Assembly: GCA_946965045.2 (NCBI GenBank)
Contig: OX337231.1
Span: 2,976,001-3,040,000, forward strand
Length of the DNA: 64,000 bases
Source: Epithemia pelagica
Taxonomy: Eukaryota > Protista > Bacillariophyta
Direction of reading: 5' to 3'
In this document: positions 34,350 to 46,492 of the stretch, piece after piece
How positions within the stretch are numbered: the stretch's first letter is position 1
Layout of the letters: each line of letters opens with the position of its first letter
Program-made: the position numbers and the translations under genes
The notes under the pieces: model-generated
Told to the model about the DNA's origin: nothing
What the model saw: only the letters and a program-made list of their open reading frames with translations
Database searches by the model: none

Positions 34350-35762
34350 CTAGGCAATGGCTGCCGTGACGGATTCTTGTGTTTGACTGACGGTACTGGC
34401 CCATTCCCCAAATCGTTGCGCCAATTGTTCCAATTGCGTCGTATTCAAGACGCGAGGCATGACCCAGGTGACCGTGACGGTTTGAGCCACTTGATCCATG
34501 AATCCTTCCATCAAGTGGACGGACAAGGCACGCATGACAATCCATTCGACTTGATCGACATTCAAGGCGCTGCTGCTAGTATCGTCGTCATTCTTGTACA
34601 AGAGGAGCGTTTGCGCAATTTCCTCAAAGGACAATTGTCGTTCGTGAGGAGGTTTGGTAAAAATCAAATTGACCAAGGCCAAGAGCGACAATTTTTCGGT
34701 AACGGCTGCCGCTCGATGGACCAAGGCCGGTTGTTGGGCAATTTGACTGGCATAGTCTTGTTGATATTGTCGAAAGAGGGCGACATTGCCAGCGGCCATG
34801 GCTTGCAACAAGTGCACCAACCAGACATGGGACGATTGTGACTTGTCGTCGTCGTCGTCTTGTGACTGTAGGACTTTTAACACGGGTGTTTGTTCGACTT
34901 GTCCCAAATTGTACACTCCTTCTCCCGTCAAGGCGGCGACAATCAAATCAACCGCCAATTCCATGGGACGAATCCATCCCATGGTGGAAGCTGCTTTGGA
35001 TTGGACAAAATCGGGTCCGACATGTTGCAAATAGGACAAGGCTTGTTCGTAAAAGGCTTCGGGTGGACCCATGCGTTTGTAGTACAACATGGCAGCTTCG
35101 TAATGAGCGGCATGGACCAAGGCCAATTGGGAATTGCCTTCGGCGGGAAATGTATGCAAAAGGTCCTTGTTGGACTTGAGCGTTTTCAGCATGCTGGACA
35201 AGAGCGCTTTTGGATTGGACAATGACGACGCTTCCGTGTCCAAGGAAATCAGTTGAAGTGACGTTAATTTGGATTGCAAATAAATGGTGGCCGGAACCAC
35301 CAAGTTGCTGGACAAGAGGCCCGTGGAAGAATCGGCGCCTTCCGCATTGTTGTTGTTGTTGGTACCGGAAGTGGACTTTTTGGCGGCCAACCAATTTTCC
35401 AAAATGGCCTTGGCCGCAGTTTCATCCAGAGGTTGAATGGCTTGCGCTACGAGGGCTGCCATTTGCGCTACCGACAAGGGATTGAGTTTGGATTCAATGC
35501 ACAACACGACCTTATCGTACAAGCCCAAAAAACTGTCGTGATCTTGGTCTGTGGTGGTGCTGGTGGTATGATTGTGAAAGACGGTCGGTTGTTGCAACAT
35601 GTCCAACAACAACAAGGTACATTGATGCCATAATTTGCGTTGCAACCCATCCACCAATTTCTCATAGGTTTGCACCACCACTGGACTGGAACCTTGATGT
35701 TGTTGAATCATGCTTTCGCAATGCTCCACGGCTCCAGCCGTACGATCTGTATAACCAATCAT
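34350..35762 (-). CDS. PSMD13: 26S proteasome lid subunit RPN9
   Basis: RKLWHQCT, KLNPLS, VYNLG, KLSLLALV, VEWIVMRALSVHLMEGFMDQV, WVMPRVL (PCI domain). Confidence 0.92.
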   Translation of the reverse strand: MIGYTDRTAGAVEHCESMIQQHQGSSPVVVQTYEKLVDGLQRKLWHQCTLLLLDMLQQPTVFHNHTTSTTTDQDHDSFLGLYDKVVLCIESKLNPLSVAQMAALVAQAIQPLDETAAKAILENWLAAKKSTSGTNNNNNAEGADSSTGLLSSNLVVPATIYLQSKLTSLQLISLDTEASSLSNPKALLSSMLKTLKSNKDLLHTFPAEGNSQLALVHAAHYEAAMLYYKRMGPPEAFYEQALSYLQHVGPDFVQSKAASTMGWIRPMELAVDLIVAALTGEGVYNLGQVEQTPVLKVLQSQDDDDDKSQSSHVWLVHLLQAMAAGNVALFRQYQQDYASQIAQQPALVHRAAAVTEKLSLLALVNLIFTKPPHERQLSFEEIAQTLLLYKNDDDTSSSALNVDQVEWIVMRALSVHLMEGFMDQVAQTVTVTWVMPRVLNTTQLEQLAQRFGEWASTVSQTQESVTAAIA

Positions 35763-36085
35763 CTTGCTATTGCTATTTTGTTGTTATTGTTGTTCGTTGG
35801 ATGCCCTTTGGGATGATTGCTTCGATTGAACCGACAGAGTCTCTCACAAAACACAAATGATGATGAACCAAAAAGCACAGATCTTTTTGGAACCAATCCG
35901 AAAAAAGAACGATGCGCGGCTGAGTCGCTTTAGTTTTGGCATGGAGGTTATGTGCGACCACCAAAATCCCCGTGATCTTTTCGTTGCTCGGCGGCAACCG
36001 CAAACACCAAATATACCTGACTCCTAGAGGGAGACGAAACCAATATCATAGTATCGCATAGAGAAGGCTCCACATCAGAGTCATC

Positions 36086-39000
36086 ATGTCGGACGAAGAA
36101 GAATTGTACGATGAATTTGGAAATTACGTTGGTCCGGATTTGGACAGTTCCGATGACGACGATGACGATGACGATGATGACAAGGAGCCAGTGGAGGGAG
36201 CGGACCATGACGACGATGACGACGCGTCCGATGTATCGTCCGACGCCGAGGGAGGACGGAGGTTGCCACCAGCATCGACACAACAAATGACGATCCGAGA
36301 CGACCACCAAGACACCAACGAAGCGGGTGCAACGGCCGATCCCATGTCGGCCATTGTGTTGCACGAAGACAAGGAACATTATCCATCGGCGGAACAAGTC
36401 TTTGGAGAAGAGGTTCGAACGGCGGTCTTGGATGAAGATGCCATGGAAATTGAAACTCCCTTGGTACAACCGTTATCGACCAAATCCTTTCATCACGACC
36501 ATCCGTTTCAAACAACCACCACCACCACTTCAAACGACCAAACCAAGGACGCCGCATCACCAGCAGCATCTCTGTCGTGGAATTATACCGATTCCTACTT
36601 GTCGGCTCAACTTTCCAATGAAACGACACAAACACGACGAGGAATTGCCATTGTAGGACACCATCATCATGGAAAAACGAGTTTGATGGATTTGCTCCTG
36701 GAACCAACCCTCTCTTCGGCAAACGCCAAAAACAAAAAGACCACGTCGGGAGCCTGGGGCGAACAAGCTTCGTTGGACAGTGCCCAGGGGGGTGGCCCTC
36801 GATGTACCGATTTGATGCAAATGGAACGCGATCGGCAAATGAGTTTGGTGAGTACACCCATGACGGGTCTCTTTTGTGATACACGGGGCAAGCATTATTG
36901 TGTCACCTGGATCGATTGTCCCGGACATGTCAATTTTCACGATGAATCGGTGGCCGCCCTTCGTCTCGTCGACGGTGCCCTCCTCGTGGTCGATGCCGTG
37001 GAAGGAATCATGATGCCCACGGAATTGCTCATTCGACAAATTGTCGACGAAGGTTTACCAATCGTCTTGTGTTTGACCAAGGTGGATCGGTTGATTGTCG
37101 AATTGAAATTACCACCCAACGATTGTTATTACAAATTGCAACAAGTGGTGGATTCCGTCAATGCCTTGGTTCAAGAAACGTCTCGGGGCCGGTACCCTGT
37201 TTTGGCACCGAATCGAGGCAATGTTGTCTTTTCGTCGGCCCAACATGGATGGATTTTCACCTTGGAATCCTTTGCTCAGGTATACTTGGATCATTGTGAA
37301 GATGGTGGATTGGGACAAAATTTGTCCACACACGATTTGGCGCAACGATTGTGGGGCAATGCCTACCTGGATCCCAAACAGGGCACCTTTCATACCTCCC
37401 CTCATGCCTGTCCATCCATGCACGAAGCGTCAGGTACCAACCACCATGACAATGACGACGACTATGATGACGAAGAAATGTCGACGACACCTCCGACGAT
37501 TCACCGAACCTTTGTGTCACTTATTTTGTTACCCCTCTACAAAATTTATTCCACCTGTTTGGCGGAACGGGAACCTACCGTCAACAAATTGTTGCGAAAT
37601 GGGTTGGGTGTCTTTTTGTCCAAGGCACAATTGCGATCCAGTGCACGACCCTTGTTGCGCGCGGCCCTGCAACAATTTTTGGCCAGTGCCCATGGTGGAT
37701 TGGTCGAGGCCGTGATTCGTCATACCGCGAGTCCCCGTATCGCGGCACCGACCAAGCTCTGTCGGGGCTATACGGATCCAAGCGTCTACCATCGACCCAT
37801 CTCCGACAACAACAACAAGCGTCGTCTGAGTCGTCGCGTCCGAGCCATGCAAGAATGCGATCCTCGAGGACCCTTGATGATGCATGCGGTCAAACAATAC
37901 GCAACACCGGATGGACAAGGCTTTTGGACCTTGGCGCGGATTTATTCTGGAACCGTACAACCGGCGACTGTGGTCAAGGTATTGGGGGAATCCTACACGC
38001 CACAGGAAGACGAAGAAGATGTCGCCACGGCAACGGTCCAAGCCGTCTTTATTCCACGAGGGCCACTTCGGACGCAATTAACCTTTGCCACGGCTGGTAA
38101 TTGGGTCTTGTTGCAAGGTCTGGATGCCACGATTGGCAAAACGGCCACCATTACGGGAATTGGAGACAATCACCGCAATTCACAACAACCATCATCACAT
38201 AATGACGACGAGGATGAGGACGACCATGAAAATGATTGCTACATCTTTGCTCCCCTCAAATTCCCACATGTGGGTGGAGAATCGATCATGAAATTGGCCA
38301 TTGAACCGTTGAATCCAGCCGAATTGCCCAAAATGGTGGAAGGTCTCCGACGAGTATCCAAGGCGTACCCAATGGTGACCACCAAGGTGGAAGAAAGTGG
38401 CGAACACGTGGTTTTAGGGACGGGAGAGCTGTATTTGGATTGTGTCATGCATGATTTGCGACAAGTCTATTCCGATGTGGAAGTCAAGGTAGCGGATCCC
38501 ATTGTGGCCTTTCGAGAAACGGTTGTGGACACGAGTAGCGTCAAATGCTTTGCCCAAACCGCCAACAAACGGAATCAATTAACCTTTCTGGCCGAACCCA
38601 TGGAAGATGGACTAGCCGAAAAACTGGAACGGGGAAAGATTAATCCCGAATGGGATGCCAAAAAGTTGGGCGGGTTCTTTCAAAATCAATATTCATGGGA
38701 TTTACTGTCCTCACGGTCCATTTGGGCTTTTGGAGATTCACCGACACATGGAACCAATCTATTACTGAATGATACATTGCCGAGTGACATTGACAAGAGT
38801 TTGCTCAATACATGTCGATCTAGCATCGTTCAGGGATTTCAGTGGGCCATGCGGGAAGGGCCCTTGTGCGAAGAACCGGTCCGAGGGACCAAACTTAAAT
38901 TATTGGATGCCACCTTGTCGGACAAGCCCATTTATCGGGGTGGAGGTCAAATCATTCCCACGGCACGACGAACGGTTCATTCTGCACTCTTGACCGCCAC

Positions 39001-39448
39001 ACCACGACTCATGGAACCCATGTTCCACTTTCAGATTCAATGTCCCAAGGCCATTGTGGAAGCTGTCCAACCCGTCATGACTCGACGACGAGGACATGTC
39101 GTCCAAGATCGGCCAATTCCCGGTACCACATTGTATAGTGTTCGTGGATTTTTGCCCGTATTGGATAGTTTCGGCTTTGAGACGGACCTTCGAACCTTTA
39201 CACAAGGCCAAGCCATGGTATATTCCGCCTTCCATCATTGGTCGATTGTACCTGGTGATCCCCTCGATCGGAGTATTGTATTGCATCCTCTGGAACCCAG
39301 TCCCCCGCCTTGCTTGGCTCGAGAACTGCTCATCAAGACCCGACGGCGCAAGGGCTTGGCGGAAGATGTGTCCATCAACAAATTCTTTGACGAGGCAATG
39401 AAATCGCAACTCTTTGCCGATGAACCGCTTCTTACCGAGGTTCAGTAA
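36086..39448 (+). CDS. EFTUD2: U5 snRNP 116-kDa GTPase Snu114
   Basis: N-terminal LYDEFGNYVGP and VLHEDKEHYP; G1 GHHHHGKT; DCPGHVNF; GELYLDCVMHDLR; GFETDLR. Confidence 0.97.
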   Translation: MSDEEELYDEFGNYVGPDLDSSDDDDDDDDDDKEPVEGADHDDDDDASDVSSDAEGGRRLPPASTQQMTIRDDHQDTNEAGATADPMSAIVLHEDKEHYPSAEQVFGEEVRTAVLDEDAMEIETPLVQPLSTKSFHHDHPFQTTTTTTSNDQTKDAASPAASLSWNYTDSYLSAQLSNETTQTRRGIAIVGHHHHGKTSLMDLLLEPTLSSANAKNKKTTSGAWGEQASLDSAQGGGPRCTDLMQMERDRQMSLVSTPMTGLFCDTRGKHYCVTWIDCPGHVNFHDESVAALRLVDGALLVVDAVEGIMMPTELLIRQIVDEGLPIVLCLTKVDRLIVELKLPPNDCYYKLQQVVDSVNALVQETSRGRYPVLAPNRGNVVFSSAQHGWIFTLESFAQVYLDHCEDGGLGQNLSTHDLAQRLWGNAYLDPKQGTFHTSPHACPSMHEASGTNHHDNDDDYDDEEMSTTPPTIHRTFVSLILLPLYKIYSTCLAEREPTVNKLLRNGLGVFLSKAQLRSSARPLLRAALQQFLASAHGGLVEAVIRHTASPRIAAPTKLCRGYTDPSVYHRPISDNNNKRRLSRRVRAMQECDPRGPLMMHAVKQYATPDGQGFWTLARIYSGTVQPATVVKVLGESYTPQEDEEDVATATVQAVFIPRGPLRTQLTFATAGNWVLLQGLDATIGKTATITGIGDNHRNSQQPSSHNDDEDEDDHENDCYIFAPLKFPHVGGESIMKLAIEPLNPAELPKMVEGLRRVSKAYPMVTTKVEESGEHVVLGTGELYLDCVMHDLRQVYSDVEVKVADPIVAFRETVVDTSSVKCFAQTANKRNQLTFLAEPMEDGLAEKLERGKINPEWDAKKLGGFFQNQYSWDLLSSRSIWAFGDSPTHGTNLLLNDTLPSDIDKSLLNTCRSSIVQGFQWAMREGPLCEEPVRGTKLKLLDATLSDKPIYRGGGQIIPTARRTVHSALLTATPRLMEPMFHFQIQCPKAIVEAVQPVMTRRRGHVVQDRPIPGTTLYSVRGFLPVLDSFGFETDLRTFTQGQAMVYSAFHHWSIVPGDPLDRSIVLHPLEPSPPPCLARELLIKTRRRKGLAEDVSINKFFDEAMKSQLFADEPLLTEVQ

Positions 39449-39971
39449 TAGTGGGGTACATTAACGTACTTAAAGACATGGTGTGTATAGCCTGGAGCAT
39501 CGGCATTGTGCGCTTCCATCAGAATGCTTTGCACCGACTTGTTGCAGCTTGTAGTTTATTATCTTGTATGTTCAAGAGGTCGATCGGAAGTTGCTCTCGC
39601 TACGTGACATGGGTGGGCCACAGGCATAGGCATAATCTTCGACAAGAATTCGTATCGAGGAGTGCAATGATACCCATTCTTGAGTTGAGATGATGATGTA
39701 TTGAAACTCTAGTAGAGGGAACGTTTGACAACTTATGAATAAGTAGGAGTAGAATACGGTACCGTAAGCTTTATCTATATGTACTATGTGGGCTATGGCG
39801 CTACGGCCTGCTACGATGGCTCCTCCATGCCGATGCATGATGTGAAAGATACCCCACAATTTAGGTGACTGTAGGACCCCACAGTACTGCTATCGATATT
39901 TGTGTGGGACGCATGCCAATAGATAGATGCCAATGTTTCCGATTGCGCTTTGATGACATGCACTGTTGGCC

Positions 39972-41207
39972 ATGAAGCTTGATCGGTTTCTGTCATGGTG
40001 TTCGGCGTCGGGGATTCAGTCTCCCTTACAGGTCAAAGTTAATCAGGCAGGTTATCGCTACGTCGTCTTGGACCAGGGCGGTGCGGAGTATTATCGACAA
40101 AACAATCGAATCAAATTGGTCGATGCGCCTTTGGACGCTTGCTTGACCTCGTCAACATTGGATGGATTAGCCGATCGTCTCTTGTTTGAGCAAACGCTTG
40201 GTTCCGATTCCATGTTTGCTCCATACTTGGATGTGTTACCAAGTTTGGAATCCTTTCAGCAAATACTTCCACGATTTTGGGACGACGCACGGTGGATGCT
40301 GGCGACACCAGGTGATCAAGGATTTTTAAAAGCCGCGTACGAACTCGATCAAACACGGCTAGCCTTGAGTACCAGTGACTGGGCCCAAGCATGCGTCGAC
40401 TCGAGAGCCAATTACTTGAAACTCCCTGATCCAAGCGCATCCTCGAACGACAAGGATCCACAGTATGCCATGACGCCCCTGTTGGACATGATCAATCATC
40501 AGCCCACAGTACCTACCAATTTGAAGCTTGTGGACGAAACAAAGGACGACGACATGAGCCGACGAGTACAACTTCGGATCTCTCGTCCACCCCCCGTAAA
40601 ACCAGCTGCTAGCAATCCATGGACGTCGATCACCAACTGGCTAAGTTCAACCACTCCGTCTCCTTCGCCCTCGAATTCCAAACAAATTCAAGGCGTGAAT
40701 GAAGACAAGGACGAAGTCTTAATTTCTTATGGCAGCTTGACCAACATTGAAACCTTGTTGAGCTATGGCTTTGTATCTCCCGACAATCCATGCAATCAAG
40801 AACAGATCAAAGTCTCACTCATCCGTCAGACACCTGTTTCCATTACCATTTCGCCTGATGGAAGTTGCAGTGAACAAGAGATTGGAACATTACGTCGCTA
40901 TTTGGCTACACCAAAGGAAATGGAGGACTATTATCAGGAGGAAGAGAAAAATTCCAACGAAACGGTTGTGGGAATCCCTCGAAGACAACAAACGTCGGTC
41001 CCCAAGTTGTCCAAGCGCAACGAATTGGAGGTCATGGCCCTGGTGGGAGGAACACTGGAAGAGCTAGCGTACGATACTCGAACTGCTGAACAAGAGGCCC
41101 TGGAGAAACAGGATTCGCTTGTGGCCTTGTATCTGCAAGAACGAGGCAAGACGTTGCAACACGCACTGAAGAACATTCAAGCTGATTTTCCGGAAGTGTT
41201 TGGATGA
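39972..41207 (+). CDS. SET-domain lysine methyltransferase (Rubisco-LSMT/SETD3-like)
   Basis: FLSWC near the N-terminus, PYLDVLP, PLLDMINH, EVLISYG motifs. Confidence 0.8.
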   Translation: MKLDRFLSWCSASGIQSPLQVKVNQAGYRYVVLDQGGAEYYRQNNRIKLVDAPLDACLTSSTLDGLADRLLFEQTLGSDSMFAPYLDVLPSLESFQQILPRFWDDARWMLATPGDQGFLKAAYELDQTRLALSTSDWAQACVDSRANYLKLPDPSASSNDKDPQYAMTPLLDMINHQPTVPTNLKLVDETKDDDMSRRVQLRISRPPPVKPAASNPWTSITNWLSSTTPSPSPSNSKQIQGVNEDKDEVLISYGSLTNIETLLSYGFVSPDNPCNQEQIKVSLIRQTPVSITISPDGSCSEQEIGTLRRYLATPKEMEDYYQEEEKNSNETVVGIPRRQQTSVPKLSKRNELEVMALVGGTLEELAYDTRTAEQEALEKQDSLVALYLQERGKTLQHALKNIQADFPEVFG

Positions 41208-41576
41208 AACCTGGTCTTGGCGACATGTCTTTCTCAGAAGTGTGTGGACCGTTCCCCAGTGGCGAGCGTGATCCGCTCTCTCTTTCCCTCGAGGAGGGTG
41301 CAGCCTCAAAGCTGTTTTCGTTCTTTTCAGTGGGTCAGGAATGACCTGACAAAATTAGCTTCATTTCTGGAGATACACAATGGAACAATAAGAGTTTTCT
41401 TAGTATTACCAGCTAACGTTACAGTGCTTAACTTTGCAGAATACAATAGTCTTCAGGTAGAGAAAGTCAAAAGTCCCTTCTTTTTCGTCCACCAACCTTA
41501 CCAACTCTTGTGATGCTGTGGAGTTCCCCGTATATACAATGAACCATGTTTAAATGGAAGTCACTGATATCCCCTT

Positions 41577-42173
41577 TCAACCAATGTTCATGGGAGCCCG
41601 CTGTTGCTTGATCCAAGCGTACATTTCCGATCGGTAGTCGTCATGCATGACTCCGTTTGCTGTGGTCATAGAAGAGCTGGCCATGAGTCGATTTCGAAAT
41701 CCTTCAATAGAAGACCGTGTTAGATCCGTATCCCTCATCGAAGTGGCAAGTTTTTCAAGCCGGTACTGGTACTGAACTCTCAGCATGTAGTTGTCATACG
41801 AGTCAGATTCTGACATGGTCGTTTCTCGAGTGCACACTGATGGTTCCGGGGTCACATTGTTGACTCTTTGGATTGGTCCGGATGGCATCGGCGAGGAAAC
41901 CGGAATGTCAGGAGATAAAACAGATTTTTCGATCTCGGAAGCCGAATGCCTCAAATGAGGAGGAGCACTTCCAGTTCGAAATGTTCGTGACGATGAGTGG
42001 ATTATATGAACAGGCTGGAGCCGAGGGATTCTGTCGCAATTTGGGACACAAGAGTCTGACATGGCCTCATCATCCCTCGAAAAGTCATCTTCTTCCGTTT
42101 CAAGTGAAATATCATCGTCCTCTTCCAATGCGGTGACATCAACATAGATTGTCTTTGGTAGATCTCGTTTCAT
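41577..42173 (-). CDS. Hypothetical protein
   Basis: 198-aa ATG-initiated ORF; acidic N-terminus and a helical motif LEKLATSMRDTDLTR. Confidence 0.6.
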   Translation of the reverse strand: MKRDLPKTIYVDVTALEEDDDISLETEEDDFSRDDEAMSDSCVPNCDRIPRLQPVHIIHSSSRTFRTGSAPPHLRHSASEIEKSVLSPDIPVSSPMPSGPIQRVNNVTPEPSVCTRETTMSESDSYDNYMLRVQYQYRLEKLATSMRDTDLTRSSIEGFRNRLMASSSMTTANGVMHDDYRSEMYAWIKQQRAPMNIG

Positions 42174-44362
42174 GGTTATTGGCCCTTCGGATTAGAACAA
42201 AACTTATAAGAGGTGTTCTCGAAGCAAACGCTAATTGGTTTGTGAGAGCGCCTTCAAATAATGAGAACGAAGCAAACACAATGGGAAAATGGTCGTCGTT
42301 TGGACGGGGAATGAAGGGGCGCCTGCCAGTCTTTTTTACATAAGCCTGTTTTTCGATAAATTGTAGGGAAAGGATTGCTCTTCGCGCTGTAAAATATGCC
42401 AACGCCCAGCCACTCTTCCATCGATAAATCCTGAAGTCGTACCTTACCACAACGAGTACTCCTACCACCTACCACTTCGAAGACTTCTTGTTGAGTGTTT
42501 AGCGAACCGAGAATCTGTTGTCGTAGAAGATCGTGATTATTTCTAAAGGAACTAGGAGTACCTAGGTAGGTAGTCTCATGTACGAGTACGACCAGTAATA
42601 TTTTATGGTTGTGGCTATCCAGGGCAAGGCCATAGGAAAAGTGGTAGATCTGCTTTTTCAAACTCCCTACCACTACCCACTTAGGGGGTGGAGCGACCTA
42701 TTGCAACTACTCCTACCTACGAGTCCGTTTGCAATCCGAGCGATGCAACATTCAACTCATACCTTGGAAAGAAACCCTAAGCTCTAAGAAGAAACTCCAC
42801 GATGCAGGTCGAGCAGACAACCTCGAAATGAAATAAGTTTCTGAGTGAAGAGCAGGTAGATGGACTCCCCTTTATGCCTGCTACTTCTCTCCAGAGCTAG
42901 CTAGAGGGGTTGTCTCGACAGAGGGAATGGCGAAAGGAGAACATGGAGAATGGAGACCAAATCAGAGATATAACTATGTAGGTCAGCTATGGGCTATGGG
43001 ACTGACTACAGATAAAAATTGTAAAAATGGCAGGTCATAGTCATAGAGCGCTGGTGTTCGTTGTCTGATGACCGATGTTTGACATGAAGGGGAAAAAGAA
43101 GTAGAGTGAAAGTGGGGGGAGGAGATAACGATCCGAGAGAAAAATGACCCCTGCGCCAAGCCCCAACCTCCAACCTCCAACGGCAATAACAAACAAAAGC
43201 ACAAGAAGCAAGAAGAGTCTCACAGAACTCACAAAACTCACCAACAAACAACAAGACAAATCACAAATCACGCGAACAAAACAGCGCCCAACTCTTTGTG
43301 ACAAGGCCCAAACATTTAACGATCTGATTACGAGTACAGTCTTTCCCAACCAATAACTTGAGGGTATATTTGATATTTGATTGCACGACCATGACCCAAA
43401 AGAACGAAGATAAAAGCTACTACCACTACCTACTCCATGTGTCTATTCTAGAGGAGTAAGGTTACCTCATGCTCCTAGGAGTACGAGGACAGAGGACAAA
43501 GCATGAGAATATGACGGACATGAGATATGATTGAAAGTATGGATATTATGAATCTGTAATAAAAAGCTATTATGAGTATATGATTGATTTGGCATGCTAC
43601 ATTGAAAAGGGACAGAGGTAGAATAGACAAACTAGACCACACTCATCACTTTGCTACTCTTATCAATGCGCCCTTGGAGTAAAAGATGAAGAGTCAATTT
43701 CTAACAATGGGCAATAATCCAAAACGTTGCATTACACTGCAACCTACTGTTTGGTCGTTGACCTCTTGAGAAAACATCAAAGAAACAAAAGTCCGTATTG
43801 TGCAGGAGTGTTATCTACATGCTCGTGTATCAATACCGAAAGTTTGTCCCTAGGTAGACAGACAGAAGCTGTCAAAGTACCTGTTCCATACATCTTGGTT
43901 GTGATTGCTAGCATCCATGGGCTACTCCTGAAATTTTCAAGATAGCAGGAGTCAGGACTTCGTTGCCATAGCACGTCCATGGCTCTCTTCGTGAATGGTG
44001 AAGTCATCAAAGATCCTCCCCTACAAGTCCTCAGAGATCCGTGTCGAAAATCTCAAGGCCTATCACAATCTAGACCGATTGTCAAATACTGGGGCTCCCA
44101 TTTTATCTCAAATAGATTTGGACCAATGCCGTCGTTAATTCCCACTCTAGCCCCTATCTAGTAGCCACGCATTGTACGGTGTTGTTCACGTTTCGTTCCG
44201 CAACAAAAAGGGGGTGAGGAATAAAAAAAGGGGTACATCTTCTTCTCAACTCCATCTCCAATCGCAAATGGTGGCACCAAGCAAATGACAACAAAACGAT
44301 TTCGAGAACCGCAAAGCATCATCATCATCATCTCTCCTGTCTTTTGATTTCTATTCTAAGGT

Positions 44363-46492
44363 ATGGCGCTGGACGGAACAAACAACCATGAGGTTGCGAA
44401 GAACAATGAAGCTACGACATCCTCGTCGGCGCAAGCACATCAAGAAAACCCACCAGCACCACGCCGCAAACGGCGACGATGGGGCGACGCAGCTCCAACC
44501 ACCGCGTCTTCCAACGGCATGCCTGCCACAACAGCAGCAAGCACAGTTACTACACCTGGTGCTGCTGTTGCAGCCACCACAGTTCTTGATCCCAAAGCGA
44601 AACTGAAAGCCATGCAAGACAGCATTAAGGCGCGTCTGGAAGCAGCCAAAAAAGCACAAGCCGCCAAAGCCAGGATGATACCGCCTCCCGCGGCCACAAC
44701 CGCAAATGTGGAGCCGCCTCGACCCACTAAGCGCGCCAAACACTACGAGTTGGATCTCAGTGTCACTGGTCCCACGTATTCCAAAACAACGGCTTCCTCG
44801 GAAAGTGGTTCAAAGGTACCTTCAACTTCGCATTCCAACAAGAGAGATCATGTGGATACGACATCCAAGCCAACCAAACCAAAAAACCCGTACTTAGCTT
44901 ACTCAAGTAAAACATCGGATGGAAATGATGCAACAAAAATTGATCCGTCTAATGAAGATGAGGAGGATGTGTTGGATGAGAGATTGGTTAATCGTCAGCA
45001 GCGATCACGGAAACATCGGGAACTCAAGTTTGTCGAACCAGGCAAATGGCAAGAAATTGCTCAACGCCGACGAGAGAAGGCTCAAAAGATACAAGATTCT
45101 GGCTTCTTAAGTGGTCGCAAAACAAGCCATTCTATTCAAGCCAATACACTGGGAGCAGACGAAACAACCCAAGATACCACCAATATCTATGGACCGTCTG
45201 CGACAGAAACGGAAACTCCAGAGGAGGAGGATATTCCTCTTCCTCCTCGGTGGGATGCCCACCCGGATACCACAATGCCACTCTTTTTAGAATGGTGGGA
45301 TATGGAATTGCTGCCCTCGCGATTACGCAAACAAGTAGCACAGGCCGAAACACGCACGTTGAACCAACATTCGAAAGCCGCATTGGTACAGAATTTGAAG
45401 CAAACGGAAGCTTCATCCGCCATGGATATTGACAAGAACGATGACGACGATACCATGTCGGATCAAAAGCCAGCGGCTGTAGACCTAAATCCTGAGAAAA
45501 AGGATGGTGACAATGACCACTCTGTCTTGCGCGCCAATTGCTGGGAGCAAGTGGCTCTCTTTCATTGCAAGACGGCTGATCTTGTGCAACACATTGTTCC
45601 TGTTCAGTCGCCTACGAAAACAGAGGCACCACTTCCAGTCTTGCCTTTAACCAAAAAAGACTTGAAGCGACAACGCAAACTTCGTCGACAAGAGAAACAA
45701 CGGGAACTGCAAGATTTACAAGCTGCAGGTTTGGTTCCCGCACCGGAACCAAGGCTGACCTTGCAGAATTTTATCCGTGTGCTAGGTGACCAAGCATTTT
45801 TGGACCCGAGTAAATACGAGCAAAAGGTCGTGGCACAAATTCAGGCTCGACAGGCTGCCCATGAACAGCGCAATCAGGAACGGAAACTAACAAAAGAACA
45901 GCGCACTGCAAAGGTCACAGCCAAACTACAAGCTAAAGTGGATAAAGCGACACAAAGTGGACAAATTCATGTGGCTTTGTTTTACGTGAAAAATATGAGT
46001 CATCCCTACCATCGAACCAAGGTAGATTTGAATGCTCAACAATGGCTCATTACGGGGGGAGTTCTCGAATGCCCCATAGCTTCATGTGTAATTGTGGAAG
46101 GCTCACCGCAAGCAATTCAAAAGTATATTCGCTTAATGACTGTACGGATGAATTGGGTATCTGGACCGGATGGTGCAACCTCCCTGGAGGAAATGGATGA
46201 TGAAGTCCAGGACGATGGAAGTACTGCAGTGTCACACAAATTCGATCCCACCAATCGTTGTGAATTGGTGTGGCAAGGAATGGTGGTGAAGCGGCACTTT
46301 TCGCATTTTTCTTTTCAATCGACGGAAACGCCAGAGCAGTGTCGAAAGATTTTACGGCAGAAGGGGCTGGCACACTACTGGGACCAAGTGATGAACGTTG
46401 CAAATTCGGGCAATCGAAACAAATCGGTGGCACTGAAACTTGCACCTAGCGGTAATCCTACGCAATCTCAAGACCCCTCGTCAGGTAGTTGA
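44363..46492 (+). CDS. PRPF3: U4/U6 snRNP protein PRP3
   Basis: KNPYL, LEWWD, LPLTKKDLKRQRK, PEPRLTLQNFIRVLG, and the C-terminal domain (HRTKVDLNAQQ...VEG...LVWQG). Confidence 0.92.
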   Translation: MALDGTNNHEVAKNNEATTSSSAQAHQENPPAPRRKRRRWGDAAPTTASSNGMPATTAASTVTTPGAAVAATTVLDPKAKLKAMQDSIKARLEAAKKAQAAKARMIPPPAATTANVEPPRPTKRAKHYELDLSVTGPTYSKTTASSESGSKVPSTSHSNKRDHVDTTSKPTKPKNPYLAYSSKTSDGNDATKIDPSNEDEEDVLDERLVNRQQRSRKHRELKFVEPGKWQEIAQRRREKAQKIQDSGFLSGRKTSHSIQANTLGADETTQDTTNIYGPSATETETPEEEDIPLPPRWDAHPDTTMPLFLEWWDMELLPSRLRKQVAQAETRTLNQHSKAALVQNLKQTEASSAMDIDKNDDDDTMSDQKPAAVDLNPEKKDGDNDHSVLRANCWEQVALFHCKTADLVQHIVPVQSPTKTEAPLPVLPLTKKDLKRQRKLRRQEKQRELQDLQAAGLVPAPEPRLTLQNFIRVLGDQAFLDPSKYEQKVVAQIQARQAAHEQRNQERKLTKEQRTAKVTAKLQAKVDKATQSGQIHVALFYVKNMSHPYHRTKVDLNAQQWLITGGVLECPIASCVIVEGSPQAIQKYIRLMTVRMNWVSGPDGATSLEEMDDEVQDDGSTAVSHKFDPTNRCELVWQGMVVKRHFSHFSFQSTETPEQCRKILRQKGLAHYWDQVMNVANSGNRNKSVALKLAPSGNPTQSQDPSSGS

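Noticed and set aside
17878-39409. Long antisense or alternate-frame ORFs (e.g. 17878..18576, 20601..21548, 23494..24375, 36084..36884)
   Set aside because: They overlap well-supported genes and show no motifs; they are typical shadow ORFs of biased codon usage.
42200-44350. ~2 kb gene-free interval, including one AAACCCTAA
   Set aside because: No convincing ORF, repeat or RNA structure; a single telomere-like unit is expected by chance.
36086-46492. Functional cluster of tri-snRNP genes (SNU114 and PRP3 within ~5 kb)
   Set aside because: Unrelated genes lie between them; chance proximity is adequate without synteny evidence.
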